A stretch of 64,000 nucleotides of DNA from NCBI GenBank assembly GCA_035637235.1, contig DASPXO010000245.1, positions 9,591-73,590 on the forward strand, in the 5' to 3' direction. Within the stretch, counting starts at the first letter, position 1, and each line of letters begins with the position of its first letter. The notes beneath the pieces are model-generated. The model was not told where the DNA came from. It did not search any database and worked only from the letters and a program-made list of their open reading frames with translations. The translations under genes were made by a program, and so were the position numbers. Positions 8,639 through 16,923 of the stretch are shown in pieces. The DNA comes from Gemmatimonadales bacterium (GTDB taxonomy: Bacteria > Gemmatimonadota > Gemmatimonadetes > Gemmatimonadales > GWC2-71-9).

Positions 8639-9423
8639 GCGCTCCGCAGCAGCTCCATCAGCCACCGGTGCATCGCCGGATTCCCCGCGACGATCGACCC
8701 GTGGCGCAGGATGTCCGGCTCCCCGTCCGGCGTCGTCGCCACGCCTCCGGCCTCGCGGATCAGCACCACGCCCGCGGCCACGTCCCAGGGCGCGAGGCCG
8801 TGCTCCCAGAACGCGTCGAAGCGCCCCGCCGCGACGTCGGCCAGGTCGAGCGCCGCCGAGCCCGCGCGCCGGATCCCGCTCGCCGCCCGCGTCACGGCCG
8901 CGAGCTCCCGCAGGTAGGGCTCGAGACGGTCGAGCTGCCTGAACGGGAACCCGGTGCCGACGAGCGCGTGCCCCGGCTCGGCGATCTGCGAGACGCGGAG
9001 CCGCCGCTCGCCCAGCCACGCGCCGTGACCGGTCGCCGCCCGGTACACCAGGTCGCGTGCGACGTCGTGGACGACCCCGACCGCCAGCGCCCCACCGACC
9101 AACGCCCCGATGGAGACCGCGTACTGCGGATAGCCGTGCAGGAAGTTGGTGGTGCCGTCGAGCGGATCCACGATCCACACCACGTCGCCCGAGCGCGCCG
9201 CCCCGGGCGACAGCTCCTCTCCGACGACCGTACAACCCGGCAGCCCCCGCGTGAGCGTTTCGGCGATGACCGTTTCGGCCGTCCGGTCGGCGGCGGTGAC
9301 GAAATCGTGCCGCCCCTTCTCGGCCCACTCGGCCGGCGGCGCGGGCGGGAGCCGGCGGAGCTGGGTCGCGGCGCGCTCGGCGGCGCTCAAGGCCAGGTCG
9401 ACTAACTCTTTGAGTTCACGCAC
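8635..9423 (-). CDS. Inositol monophosphatase family protein (SuhB-like)
   Basis: Motifs WIVDPLDGTTNF, GTGFPF and APWDVAAG. The GTG start at 9423 was chosen to give a typical ~262 aa. No in-frame ATG exists near the N-terminus, so the start is uncertain. Confidence 0.8.
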   Translation of the reverse strand: MRELKELVDLALSAAERAATQLRRLPPAPPAEWAEKGRHDFVTAADRTAETVIAETLTRGLPGCTVVGEELSPGAARSGDVVWIVDPLDGTTNFLHGYPQYAVSIGALVGGALAVGVVHDVARDLVYRAATGHGAWLGERRLRVSQIAEPGHALVGTGFPFRQLDRLEPYLRELAAVTRAASGIRRAGSAALDLADVAAGRFDAFWEHGLAPWDVAAGVVLIREAGGVATTPDGEPDILRHGSIVAGNPAMHRWLMELLRSA

Positions 9424-9424
9424 C

Positions 9425-9454
9425 TTGCGGCGCTGTGCCCCCGCGTCGTAGGTT
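9425..9454 (+). promoter_or_regulatory. Putative promoter TTGCGG-18-TAGGTT, 8 nt upstream of the trpS ATG
   Basis: Hexamers read directly from the sequence. No Shine-Dalgarno fits between the -10-like box and the ATG at 9463, which suggests a leaderless or near-leaderless mRNA. Confidence 0.3.
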
Positions 9455-9462
9455 GTCCCCCC

Positions 9463-10461
9463 ATGGCGCGCGTCTTCTCCGGCATCCAACCCTCCGGCGA
9501 CCTGCACATCGGCAACTACCTCGGGGCGGTGCAGAACTGGGTCCGGCTGCAGCATCAGCACGACTGCGTGTTCTGCGTCGTGGACCTGCACGCCATCACT
9601 CAAGCGTACGAGGCGGCGACCCTGGCACAGCGGACGCTCGACATGGCCGTCTCGCTCTGCGCGGCCGGGCTCGACCCCGAGCGCTGCATCGTGTTCGTGC
9701 AGTCGCACGTCGCGGAGCATGCCGAGTTGAACTGGCTGCTCAATACGGTCACGCCCCTCGGGGAGCTCGAGCGGCAGGTGCAGTTCAAGGACAAAGCGCA
9801 GCGCCAGGAGAGCGTGCCGGCCGGGCTCCTCAACTACCCCGTGCTGCAGGCGGCGGACGTGCTGCTGTACGAGGCGACCCTCGTGCCCGTCGGGGAAGAC
9901 CAGCTCCAGCATCTCGAGCTGATGCGGGAGATCGCGCGCCGCTGGAACGCCCGCTACGCGGACGGGCCGGGCTTCGCGTTCCCCGAGCCGCAGGCGCTGC
10001 TCTCGACGGCGAAGCGCGTGCTCGGGCTCGACGGCCAGGCGAAGATGTCGAAGAGCCTCGGCAACACGATCAGCCTGTTCGACACGCCGGAGACGATTTG
10101 GGAGAAGCTCAAGCCCGCCACCACCGATCCGGCGCGGGTCACCAGGAAGGACCCGGGCAACCCGGACATCTGCAACATCTTCACCATTCACCAGGGCTTC
10201 TCGCCGCCCGACACCCAGACGCTCGTGGCGCGTAACTGCCGCACCGCCGGCTGGGGGTGCCTCGACTGCAAGCGGGTCCTCGCAGACAATATGATAGCCG
10301 CGCTCACCCCCATCCGCGAGCGGGCGAGGGCGCTCGAGGCCGAGCCGCAGCGGATGCGGGACGCGCTGCGCGCCGGCGCAGGGAAGGCGCGTGCCATCGC
10401 CCGCCGCACGATGGCTCAGGTGCGGCGGCGAATGGGGTTCCTGGACGACCCGGAGGCTTGA
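9463..10461 (+). CDS. trpS: Tryptophanyl-tRNA synthetase
   Basis: 332 aa. SGIQPSGDLHIGNYLGA (HIGH-type motif), KMSKS present, and class I Rossmann pattern. Confidence 0.95.
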   Translation: MARVFSGIQPSGDLHIGNYLGAVQNWVRLQHQHDCVFCVVDLHAITQAYEAATLAQRTLDMAVSLCAAGLDPERCIVFVQSHVAEHAELNWLLNTVTPLGELERQVQFKDKAQRQESVPAGLLNYPVLQAADVLLYEATLVPVGEDQLQHLELMREIARRWNARYADGPGFAFPEPQALLSTAKRVLGLDGQAKMSKSLGNTISLFDTPETIWEKLKPATTDPARVTRKDPGNPDICNIFTIHQGFSPPDTQTLVARNCRTAGWGCLDCKRVLADNMIAALTPIRERARALEAEPQRMRDALRAGAGKARAIARRTMAQVRRRMGFLDDPEA

Positions 10462-11132
10462 TGGCTGACCTGCTTGCGCGGATCGCCGATGTGTTCCACC
10501 TCGAGCTGCTGCTCCAGCTCGTGCTCGCCATCCTGCTCGGCGGCGCGATCGGGCTGGAGCGCGAGCTGAGCGGCAAGCCGGCGGGTCTCCGGACCAACGT
10601 CCTGATCTGCGTCGGCGCCACGCTCTTCACTGCCCTGTCGGTCACGCTGTCGCTGGGCCGCGGCGATCCGGCACGCATCGCCGCCCAGATCCTTCCCGGC
10701 GTCGGGTTCATCGGCGCCGGCACCATCCTGCACACGCGGGGATCGGTCACGGGTCTGACCAGCGCCGCGACCATCTGGGTGGTGGCGGCGATCGGGATGG
10801 CGCTCGGCGCCCACGCCTACGAGGCGGCGCTCGGCACCGCGCTGCTGGTCCTGGTCGTGCTCCAGGGCCTCAGGTGGGTCGAAGACCTCGTCGCGCGCGC
10901 CTCGAGCCGCAGCCGGCTCCTCGTCCACGCGAAGCCCGAGCCGACCGCCCTCGAAGACCTGGAAGCGCTCGTCCGGCGGACCGGGCTCGAAATCGAGCGC
11001 GCCGCGTCCCGCCACGAAAACGTGGACCTGGTGATCGAGCTCGAGCTGCGCGGCCCCAAGCGCCTGCACGACCAGGTGCTGGTGGGCGTGCTGCACCACC
11101 CGGGCGTGCGCACGGTTTCGACGGGAGAGTGA
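10461..11132 (+). CDS. mgtC: MgtC/SapB family membrane protein
   Basis: LLGGAIGLERELSGKPAGLRTNVLICVGATLF is the typical MgtC N-terminal motif. The ATG overlaps the trpS TGA by 1 nt (TGATG). The upstream 291-aa ORF extension overlaps trpS and was rejected. Confidence 0.85.
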   Translation: MADLLARIADVFHLELLLQLVLAILLGGAIGLERELSGKPAGLRTNVLICVGATLFTALSVTLSLGRGDPARIAAQILPGVGFIGAGTILHTRGSVTGLTSAATIWVVAAIGMALGAHAYEAALGTALLVLVVLQGLRWVEDLVARASSRSRLLVHAKPEPTALEDLEALVRRTGLEIERAASRHENVDLVIELELRGPKRLHDQVLVGVLHHPGVRTVSTGE

Positions 11133-12157
11133 CGCGACGCCTCGTCGTCGACCTGGCGTCGCCGCGCGCCGCCTGGCGCGTGCCGCCGTCCGCGGTGCAG
11201 GCGATCCGGGCGGCGCTGGGCGCCGGGTGGGAAGTGACGGCCGTGGAGGCGCCCGCGGCGTCCGACGGCGACGGCGGCTCGGCGACCCCCGAGGCGGTGG
11301 CGGCGGCCCGCGGCGCCGAGATCTACGTCGGCTACGGAGTCCCCGCGGGTGTGGTGGCGGCGGCCCGCGGCACCTTGCGGTGGGCCCACAGCGGCACGGC
11401 GGGGATCGGGGCGACCTTGCCGCACGTCCGGGGCAGCGGAATCGTGCTCACCAACTCCGCGGCGGTGCACGCCGAGCCGATCGCGGATTGGGCGATCGCC
11501 GCCATCGCGTATTTCGCGCGCGGGCTCGACCGGATGCGCGAGTTCCAGGCCGCGGAACGCTGGGCTAGGCCCGAGTTCGCGGACTTCGCGGTGCGGGTGC
11601 GCGAGTTCGCCGAGCTCCGGGTCGGGGTCTTCGGGCTGGGCGGGATCGGTGGTGCGGTCGCGCGGCGCGCCCTCGCTCTGGGGATGAGCGTGGCGGGGGT
11701 GCGGCGGCGCCGGGGCCGGGGTGGGCCGCCGGGCGTCCGCTGGGTCGGCGGGCCGGCGGAGCTGGCGCGCCTCGCCGCCGAGAGCGATTGCCTCGTGATC
11801 GCCGCGCCCCACACCTCTGAGACGCAGGGCGCGGTGACCCGCGCCGTGCTCGAGCGCCTCCCGGAGAACGCGATGGTCGTGAACGTTTCACGCGGGACGC
11901 TGTTGGATGAGGCGGCGTTGCTGGACCTCCTCGACGCCTCTCGCCTGCGTGGCGCGGCGCTCGACGTGTTCAGCGTCGAGCCGCTCCCGCCCGGGCATCC
12001 GTTCTGGCGGCACCCGCGTGTGCTCGTGAGCCCGCACGTGGCCGCCGTGACCGGCCGGTTCTGGGAGCGCGAGACGGGGCTCATTGTGGAGAACATCCGG
12101 CACTATCTTGCAGGGACGCCCCTGGTCAACGTGGTGGACCCGGAAGCCGGGTACTGA
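11129..12157 (+). CDS. D-isomer-specific 2-hydroxyacid dehydrogenase family protein
   Basis: NAD-binding VGVFGLGGIGGAVARRA, catalytic-region motifs VNVSRG, LDVF..EPLP and SPHVAA. GTG start in a GTGA overlap with the mgtC stop. Confidence 0.8.
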   Translation: MTRRLVVDLASPRAAWRVPPSAVQAIRAALGAGWEVTAVEAPAASDGDGGSATPEAVAAARGAEIYVGYGVPAGVVAAARGTLRWAHSGTAGIGATLPHVRGSGIVLTNSAAVHAEPIADWAIAAIAYFARGLDRMREFQAAERWARPEFADFAVRVREFAELRVGVFGLGGIGGAVARRALALGMSVAGVRRRRGRGGPPGVRWVGGPAELARLAAESDCLVIAAPHTSETQGAVTRAVLERLPENAMVVNVSRGTLLDEAALLDLLDASRLRGAALDVFSVEPLPPGHPFWRHPRVLVSPHVAAVTGRFWERETGLIVENIRHYLAGTPLVNVVDPEAGY

Positions 12158-13300
12158 ATGGAAAAAATCATCAAGGCGGCAGTTGATCGCGGCGCGTCGG
12201 ACCTGCACATCAAGGCCGGAGACGTGTTCCGCGCTCGCATCGACGGAAAGCTCGTGCCCCTGACGAAGCAGCGGCTCACGCCCGAGCAGACCAAGGCGAT
12301 CGCGCTGCGCTTCCTGCCCTCTGAGGATGCCCGGGCGCGGATCGACGAGCTGCGCGACTACGACTGCTCGTGGGGGATGCCCGGCGTCGGACGCTTCCGG
12401 GTCAACATCCTGCGCCAGCGCTCCTCGTTCATGATCGTCCTGCGGGTCATCCCGTTCGACGTGCCCACGTTCGAGTCGCTCCGGCTGCCTCCCGTCCTCA
12501 TGACGATCGCCTCCGCGGAGCAGGGGATGATCTTCGTCACGGGCGGGACGGGCGCGGGGAAGAGCTCGACGATGGCCGCGATCGTGAACCACATCAACCA
12601 GACGCAGAACAAGCACATCGTGACGCTCGAGAACCCGATCGAGTTCCTGCACCGCGACGTCACGAGCTCGGTCACGCAGCGCGAGGTCGGCGTCGATACG
12701 GAGGACTTTCAGGCCGGGCTGCGGGCCGCCCTGCGGCAGGACCCGGACGTGGTGCTCATCGGCGAGATGCGGGATGCCGAGATGCTCGGCACCGCGATGC
12801 GGGCCGCGGAGACCGGGCGCCTCGTGATCTCCCAGCTGCCCACGCCCGACGCGCTCAGCACGATCAGCCGGATCGTGTCGATGTTCCCGGCCGAGGAGCA
12901 TGCGGTGGCGCGCGCGCGACTCGCCGAGTCCCTGCAGGCGGTCATCTGCCAGCGCCTGCTGCCGCGCGGCGACGGGGCCGGGCGGGCCGCGGCGCTCGAG
13001 ATCGTCATCTGCACCGACGCGGTGCGCGATGCGATCAGGAACGAGGGTCGCGCGGCCGAGCTGCACGAGTACATGCGGGAGGCCCGCGACCAGTACGGCA
13101 TGCAGACGTTCGACCAGCACCTGATGGATCTGGTGGCGGAGGGGGTCGTGACGTACGAGACGGCGCTGGCCGCGGCCCCCAAACCGGCGGACTTCGAGCT
13201 GCAGATCCGCAGCGTGCGGCGCCGCTCGCGCGTCGCGCCTCCCGCCCACGGAGCGCAGGCGTCGGGGGACGACCTGTCGCCCTTTTTGCCCGGGCAGTGA
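12158..13300 (+). CDS. pilT: PilT/PilU-family type IV pilus retraction ATPase
   Basis: ASDLHIKAG, Walker A GGTGAGKSST, IVTLENPIEF and DPDVVLIGEMRD (Asp and His box region). ATG directly follows the upstream TGA. Confidence 0.85.
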   Translation: MEKIIKAAVDRGASDLHIKAGDVFRARIDGKLVPLTKQRLTPEQTKAIALRFLPSEDARARIDELRDYDCSWGMPGVGRFRVNILRQRSSFMIVLRVIPFDVPTFESLRLPPVLMTIASAEQGMIFVTGGTGAGKSSTMAAIVNHINQTQNKHIVTLENPIEFLHRDVTSSVTQREVGVDTEDFQAGLRAALRQDPDVVLIGEMRDAEMLGTAMRAAETGRLVISQLPTPDALSTISRIVSMFPAEEHAVARARLAESLQAVICQRLLPRGDGAGRAAALEIVICTDAVRDAIRNEGRAAELHEYMREARDQYGMQTFDQHLMDLVAEGVVTYETALAAAPKPADFELQIRSVRRRSRVAPPAHGAQASGDDLSPFLPGQ

Positions 13301-14178
13301 CGGAGCGGTCGCCCGCGGGGGTGCTCGCCCCCCTCACGACGCCGTTCGACGGCGCCACCGGGGACGTGGCCCCGGTCCACCTCCGCCAGAACGTCCGGCG
13401 CCTGGTGGACGCGGGGCTCGACGGCGTCGTCGTCGGGGGCTCGACGGGCGAGTCCGCCTTGCTCGACCCCGAGGAGCAGCGCCGCCTCGTCGGCTGGGTG
13501 CGCGAAGTACTGCCGGACGGGCGCTGGCTGATCGCCGGCACCGGCGCGGAATCCACGCGGCAAGCGGTCGCGCTCACCCGCGCGGCGGCGGCCGAGGGCG
13601 CGGACGCCGTGCTGGTGCGGCCCCCCGCGTACTTCTCGGCCGCCACCACGCCGGCGAGCCTCGCCGACTACTACCGCGCGGTGGCGGATGCGAGCGCCGT
13701 GCCGCTCCTCGTCTACAACATCCCCAAGTACACGCATCTCGCCATCGCCCCCGGGCTGCTGCTGCAGCTCGCGGGGCACGCGAACATCGTCGGGGTGAAG
13801 GACTCCTCGGGGGACGCGAGCAACCTCGCCGCCTTTCGCGGCGCGGCGCCCGGCTGGTCGGTGCTCGCGGGATCGGGCTCGCTCTTGTACACGGCGCTCG
13901 AGCTGGGATGCGAGGGCGGCATCGTCGCGGTCGCGTGTTTCGCCGCCCGCCTGTGCGCGGACATCGTGGCCGCCTTCCGGGCGGGCGACCGGGCGCGCGC
14001 GGGGGCCTTGCAGGAGCGGCTGGTCCCGCTCGACAAGGAGATCGTGGGGAAGCTCGGTCCCGCGGGCGTCAAGGCCGCCATGGACGCCGTGGGGCTGTAC
14101 GGCGGGGCGTGCCGGGCGCCGCTCGCCCCGCTGGCGCCGGCCGACCGGGAGCGGGTGGCGATGCTCGTCTGCGCGTGA
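13297..14178 (+). CDS. Dihydrodipicolinate synthase/N-acetylneuraminate lyase family protein (DapA-like)
   Basis: GSTGES, GTG, VYNIP and VGVKDSSGD (Schiff-base Lys context). GTG start in a GTGA overlap with the pilT stop. True DapA cannot be distinguished from a paralogous aldolase by eye. Confidence 0.75.
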   Translation: MTERSPAGVLAPLTTPFDGATGDVAPVHLRQNVRRLVDAGLDGVVVGGSTGESALLDPEEQRRLVGWVREVLPDGRWLIAGTGAESTRQAVALTRAAAAEGADAVLVRPPAYFSAATTPASLADYYRAVADASAVPLLVYNIPKYTHLAIAPGLLLQLAGHANIVGVKDSSGDASNLAAFRGAAPGWSVLAGSGSLLYTALELGCEGGIVAVACFAARLCADIVAAFRAGDRARAGALQERLVPLDKEIVGKLGPAGVKAAMDAVGLYGGACRAPLAPLAPADRERVAMLVCA

Positions 14179-14215
14179 CGGACTGGCGCGTGACGGACTG
14201 GCGCGTTGACGGAGC
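14171..14215. repeat. Three tandem 15-mers, GCGCGTGACGGACTG x2 plus the variant GCGCGTTGACGGAGC
   Basis: Read directly. The first copy spans the dapA-like stop codon. The third copy creates the TTGACG hexamer. Confidence 0.85.
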
Positions 14216-14234
14216 CTGGTCGCCGGCCTAGCTT
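14206..14234 (+). promoter_or_regulatory. Putative promoter TTGACG-17-TAGCTT upstream of purA
   Basis: Hexamers and spacing counted directly from the sequence. Confidence 0.4.
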
Positions 14235-14252
14235 CCGCCGGAGGATGCTCGC

Positions 14253-14280
14253 ACGCCCCGCCCCCCGGGGCGTTTTTGTT
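14253..14280 (+). terminator. Intrinsic-terminator-like hairpin ACGCCCCG-ccccc-CGGGGCGT followed by TTTTTGTT
   Basis: 8-bp GC stem plus T-run. Lies 75 nt after the dapA-like stop and ends only 8 nt before the purA ATG. The GGAG Shine-Dalgarno follows the T-run. Confidence 0.6.
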
Positions 14281-14288
14281 GGAGCGAC

Positions 14289-15569
14289 ATGTTCGGACCG
14301 AAGATACACTGCGCCGTCGTCGTCGGCGCCCAATGGGGCGACGAGGGCAAGGGGAAGATCGTGGACGTGCTCGCCGAGCGCGCCGACCTGGTGGTGCGCT
14401 ATCAGGGCGGGGCGAACGCCGGACACACGGTGCACACGGGCGCCGGCGAGTTCGTGCTGCACCAGATCCCATCGGGGATCATCCAGGGCGCCGTCTGCCT
14501 GGTCGGGAATGGCGTCGTCCTCGACCCGGAGACGTTCTTCACCGAGCTCGACGCCCTCACGTCCCGGGGCATTCGCACCGACCACAAGCTCTATGTCTCG
14601 GACCGCGCGCATCTCACACTGCCGTACCACAAGCTGCTCGACCGGGCGCGCGAGCAGCGCGACCAGATCGGCACGACCGGGCGCGGCATCGGGCCCACCT
14701 ACGAGGACAAGTACGGCCGCCGCGGGATTCGGGTCGGCGACCTCCGCAATCTCGCGCGGGCGCGCGAACTCGTCTGTGCGCGCGTGCAGTCCGCGAACGA
14801 GTTCCTCGAGCTCCTGCACTCGCGCGAGCGCGCCGACCCTGAGGAGCATGTCCGGCTGCTCGAACGGCTCGCGCCGCGGCTCCTGCCGCTCGCCGTGGAC
14901 GTGGGGCGGGTCGTTTACGAGGCGCTGCAGCGCGGGGAGTCGGTGCTCCTCGAAGGGGCGCAGGGCGCCCTGCTCGACGTCGATCATGGAACGTATCCCT
15001 TCGTGACGTCGTCCAACACCACGGCCGGCGGGGCCGCGGTCGGGGCGGGGATCGGCCCCACCGCGATCGATGCCGTGCTGGGCGTCGTGAAAGCCTACAC
15101 GACGCGGGTGGGGAACGGGCCGCTCCCGACCGAGGCGGAGCCGGAGGTCGCCGAGCGGATTCGCGGACTGGGCGACGAGTTCGGGGCCACGACCGGCCGG
15201 CCGCGGCGCTGCGGGTGGTTCGACGCGGTGGTGGTCAGCTACGCCGTGCGGGTCAGCGGCCTCACGGGCCTCGCCGTCACGAAGCTGGACGTGCTCGACT
15301 CGTTCGCCGACATCCCGGTGTGCGTCGGCTACCGGCTCGACGGCGAGTCGCTCGACAGCATGCCGGCAGAGGTCGAGCGGCTCGCCCGCGTGGAGCCCGT
15401 GTACGAGGCCCTTCCCGGGTGGCAGAAATCCCTCAATCAGGTGCGGCGGCTGGCCGACCTCCCGCCGGCGGCCCGGGCGTACCTCGATCGACTCCAGGAC
15501 CTGGCCCACGCGCCGATTCAGTACGTGAGCGTCGGCACCCGCCGGGACCAGATCATCGAAGTGTCGTGA
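14289..15569 (+). CDS. purA: Adenylosuccinate synthetase
   Basis: VVVGAQWGDEGKGKIVD, GGANAGHTV and GTTGRGIGPTYEDK motifs. 426 aa. Confidence 0.95.
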   Translation: MFGPKIHCAVVVGAQWGDEGKGKIVDVLAERADLVVRYQGGANAGHTVHTGAGEFVLHQIPSGIIQGAVCLVGNGVVLDPETFFTELDALTSRGIRTDHKLYVSDRAHLTLPYHKLLDRAREQRDQIGTTGRGIGPTYEDKYGRRGIRVGDLRNLARARELVCARVQSANEFLELLHSRERADPEEHVRLLERLAPRLLPLAVDVGRVVYEALQRGESVLLEGAQGALLDVDHGTYPFVTSSNTTAGGAAVGAGIGPTAIDAVLGVVKAYTTRVGNGPLPTEAEPEVAERIRGLGDEFGATTGRPRRCGWFDAVVVSYAVRVSGLTGLAVTKLDVLDSFADIPVCVGYRLDGESLDSMPAEVERLARVEPVYEALPGWQKSLNQVRRLADLPPAARAYLDRLQDLAHAPIQYVSVGTRRDQIIEVS

Positions 15570-15609
15570 GCGGCGTGCACCGACTCGTGTTCGTGCCGGA
15601 GCGGCGCTG

Positions 15610-16611
15610 ATGCAGGAGGTCGCGGTGATCGGGGCGGGGCCGTGCGGGCTGGCGGTGGGCGTCGCCGCCAAGCGCGCCCATCTCACCTGCTCGCTGTTCG
15701 ACAAGGGGCCCGTGGTCTCGAGCCTGATGCGTTACCCGCTCTACATGACGTTCTTCTCGACGCCGGAAAAGCTCGAGATCGGCGGCGTGCCGTTCGTCAC
15801 GGCCGCTGAGAAGCCGACCCGCCGCGAGGCCCTCACCTATTACCGGAAGGTGGCGGAGTACTTCGAGCTCGACGTGCGGGCCTACCACGAGGTGCGGCGG
15901 GTGCAGCGGGTTGACGGCGGGTTCGAGGTCGTCGCGCACCACCGGGGCAACCTCGAGCCGGAGATGGTCCACGCCCGCCACGTGGTCTACGCCACGGGCT
16001 ACTTCGAGACGCCCAACCTCCTGGAGGTGCCCGGCGAGGAGCTGCCGCACGTGTCGCACTTCTTCGTGGAGGGGCACCCGTACTGGCAGCAGCGGGTGGT
16101 CGTGGTAGGCGGGGGCAACAGCGCCGTCGAAGCGGCGCTCGAGCTCCACCGAGTGGGCGCGCGGGTCACGCTGGTGCACTTCCTGGGCGAGTTCGACCGC
16201 GGGGTGAAGCCCTGGATCCTCCCGGACGTCACCAACCGCGTGAAGGACGGGAGCATTGCCGCCCGGTGGTGCAGCCGGGTCGTGGAGATCCGCCGCGCGG
16301 AGGTCGTGATCCGGTCGGACGTGGACGGGCGGGTCGACGCGCTCGCGACCGACTTCGTGATCGCGCTGACCGGATACCGGGCGAACTTGACCCTGCTCCG
16401 CCAGATCGGCGTGCAGGTCGACGACACGAGCGGCGTGCCGCGCCACGATCCCGCCACCATGGAGACGAATGTCCCGGGCGTCTACATCGCGGGCGTGCTG
16501 GCCTCGGGCCTCGACGCCAACAAGCTCTTCATCGAGAACGGGCGGGCGCACGGCGGGCTGATCTGCAACCACATCAAAAGCAAACCCCCCAGAGTTTCCC
16601 CTGGGGGGTGA
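15610..16611 (+). CDS. ypdA: YpdA-family FAD-dependent disulfide oxidoreductase (putative bacillithiol disulfide reductase)
   Basis: Collinear with my recollection of Bacillus YpdA: IGAGPCGLA, TFFSTPEKLEIGGVPF, ATGYF..PN, VVVVGGGNSAVEAALEL, KPWILPD, FIENGR.HGG. Confidence 0.8.
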   Translation: MQEVAVIGAGPCGLAVGVAAKRAHLTCSLFDKGPVVSSLMRYPLYMTFFSTPEKLEIGGVPFVTAAEKPTRREALTYYRKVAEYFELDVRAYHEVRRVQRVDGGFEVVAHHRGNLEPEMVHARHVVYATGYFETPNLLEVPGEELPHVSHFFVEGHPYWQQRVVVVGGGNSAVEAALELHRVGARVTLVHFLGEFDRGVKPWILPDVTNRVKDGSIAARWCSRVVEIRRAEVVIRSDVDGRVDALATDFVIALTGYRANLTLLRQIGVQVDDTSGVPRHDPATMETNVPGVYIAGVLASGLDANKLFIENGRAHGGLICNHIKSKPPRVSPGG

Positions 16612-16675
16612 TCGTCTGCCCGACATCGTGCGCCCTAGAACCCGATGTGAGCGAGACGAATCTTCGCTTGCGCGG

Positions 16676-16718
16676 CCAAACAAAAAGGCCCCGCGCTCTC
16701 TTGTCAGGGCGTGGGGCC
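16676..16718 (-). terminator. Rho-independent terminator oriented on the minus strand
   Basis: Minus strand reads GGCCCCACGC-(12 nt loop)-GCGCGGGGCC followed by TTTTTGTTTGG. On the plus strand the hairpin is preceded by A-run and not followed by T-run, so it is minus-specific. Both flanking genes are on the plus strand. Confidence 0.65.
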
Positions 16719-16802
16719 GGATGCTTCCTCCGGCAGCCGGGCTGTCTCGTGCCAACACCGAGACCCCGAGCTTTGCGTCCCGCCGTCGCCGGCGGTTTGC
16801 CC

Positions 16803-16832
16803 TTGACAGAGATGTGCCGAGGCGTGTATCTC
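16803..16832 (+). promoter_or_regulatory. Putative promoter TTGACA-18-TATCTC upstream of glycerate kinase
   Basis: Perfect -35 hexamer read directly. The -10 is weaker. Overlaps the candidate minus-strand sRNA. Confidence 0.3.
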
Positions 16833-16923
16833 GCAAGATCAGTGCCCAAACCGCAAGATAGCACCGCAGAATCACATAGCTCAATGTTGAAAACCAAACA
16901 CCCATCGCAAAGCGCGCGTTTCT

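Larger units (their letters stand above)
16676..16848 (-). ncRNA. Candidate ~170-nt small RNA of unknown class
   Basis: Minus-strand TTGAGC (16884-16879)-18-TATCTT (16860-16855) promoter-like pair upstream, and a clear terminator at 16676-16718. Internal hairpins: AUCU-UGCG-AGAU, CCGCC-GGCGAC-GGCGG, GUCUCG-(9 nt)-CGAGAC, CCGGA-GGAAGCA-UCCGG. No convincing ORF. The 5' end is a guess. Confidence 0.4.

Noticed and set aside
10257-11132. N-terminally extended versions of several ORFs in the track: 10257 mgtC, 10874 dehydrogenase, 12370 dapA-like, 19417, 19772, 22413, 26099 priA, 31248, 34534 anmK, 42655 amidase, 51949 LbH, 57287 pyk, 60734 ytxH and 61347 ltaE.
   Set aside because: The extensions overlap the preceding confident gene in another frame and translate to Arg/Pro/Gly-rich low-complexity sequence. 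Internal ATG or GTG codons at the upstream gene's stop give proteins of family-typical length.
16720-16736. GGAAGCA motif, reminiscent of the SRP (4.5S) RNA domain IV sequence GGAAGCAGC.
   Set aside because: The motif sits in the 7-nt loop of a simple 5-bp hairpin (CCGGA-GGAAGCA-UCCGG). The flanks do not extend into the symmetric and asymmetric internal loops or the long closing helix of SRP RNA. I report the region only as an unclassified sRNA candidate.
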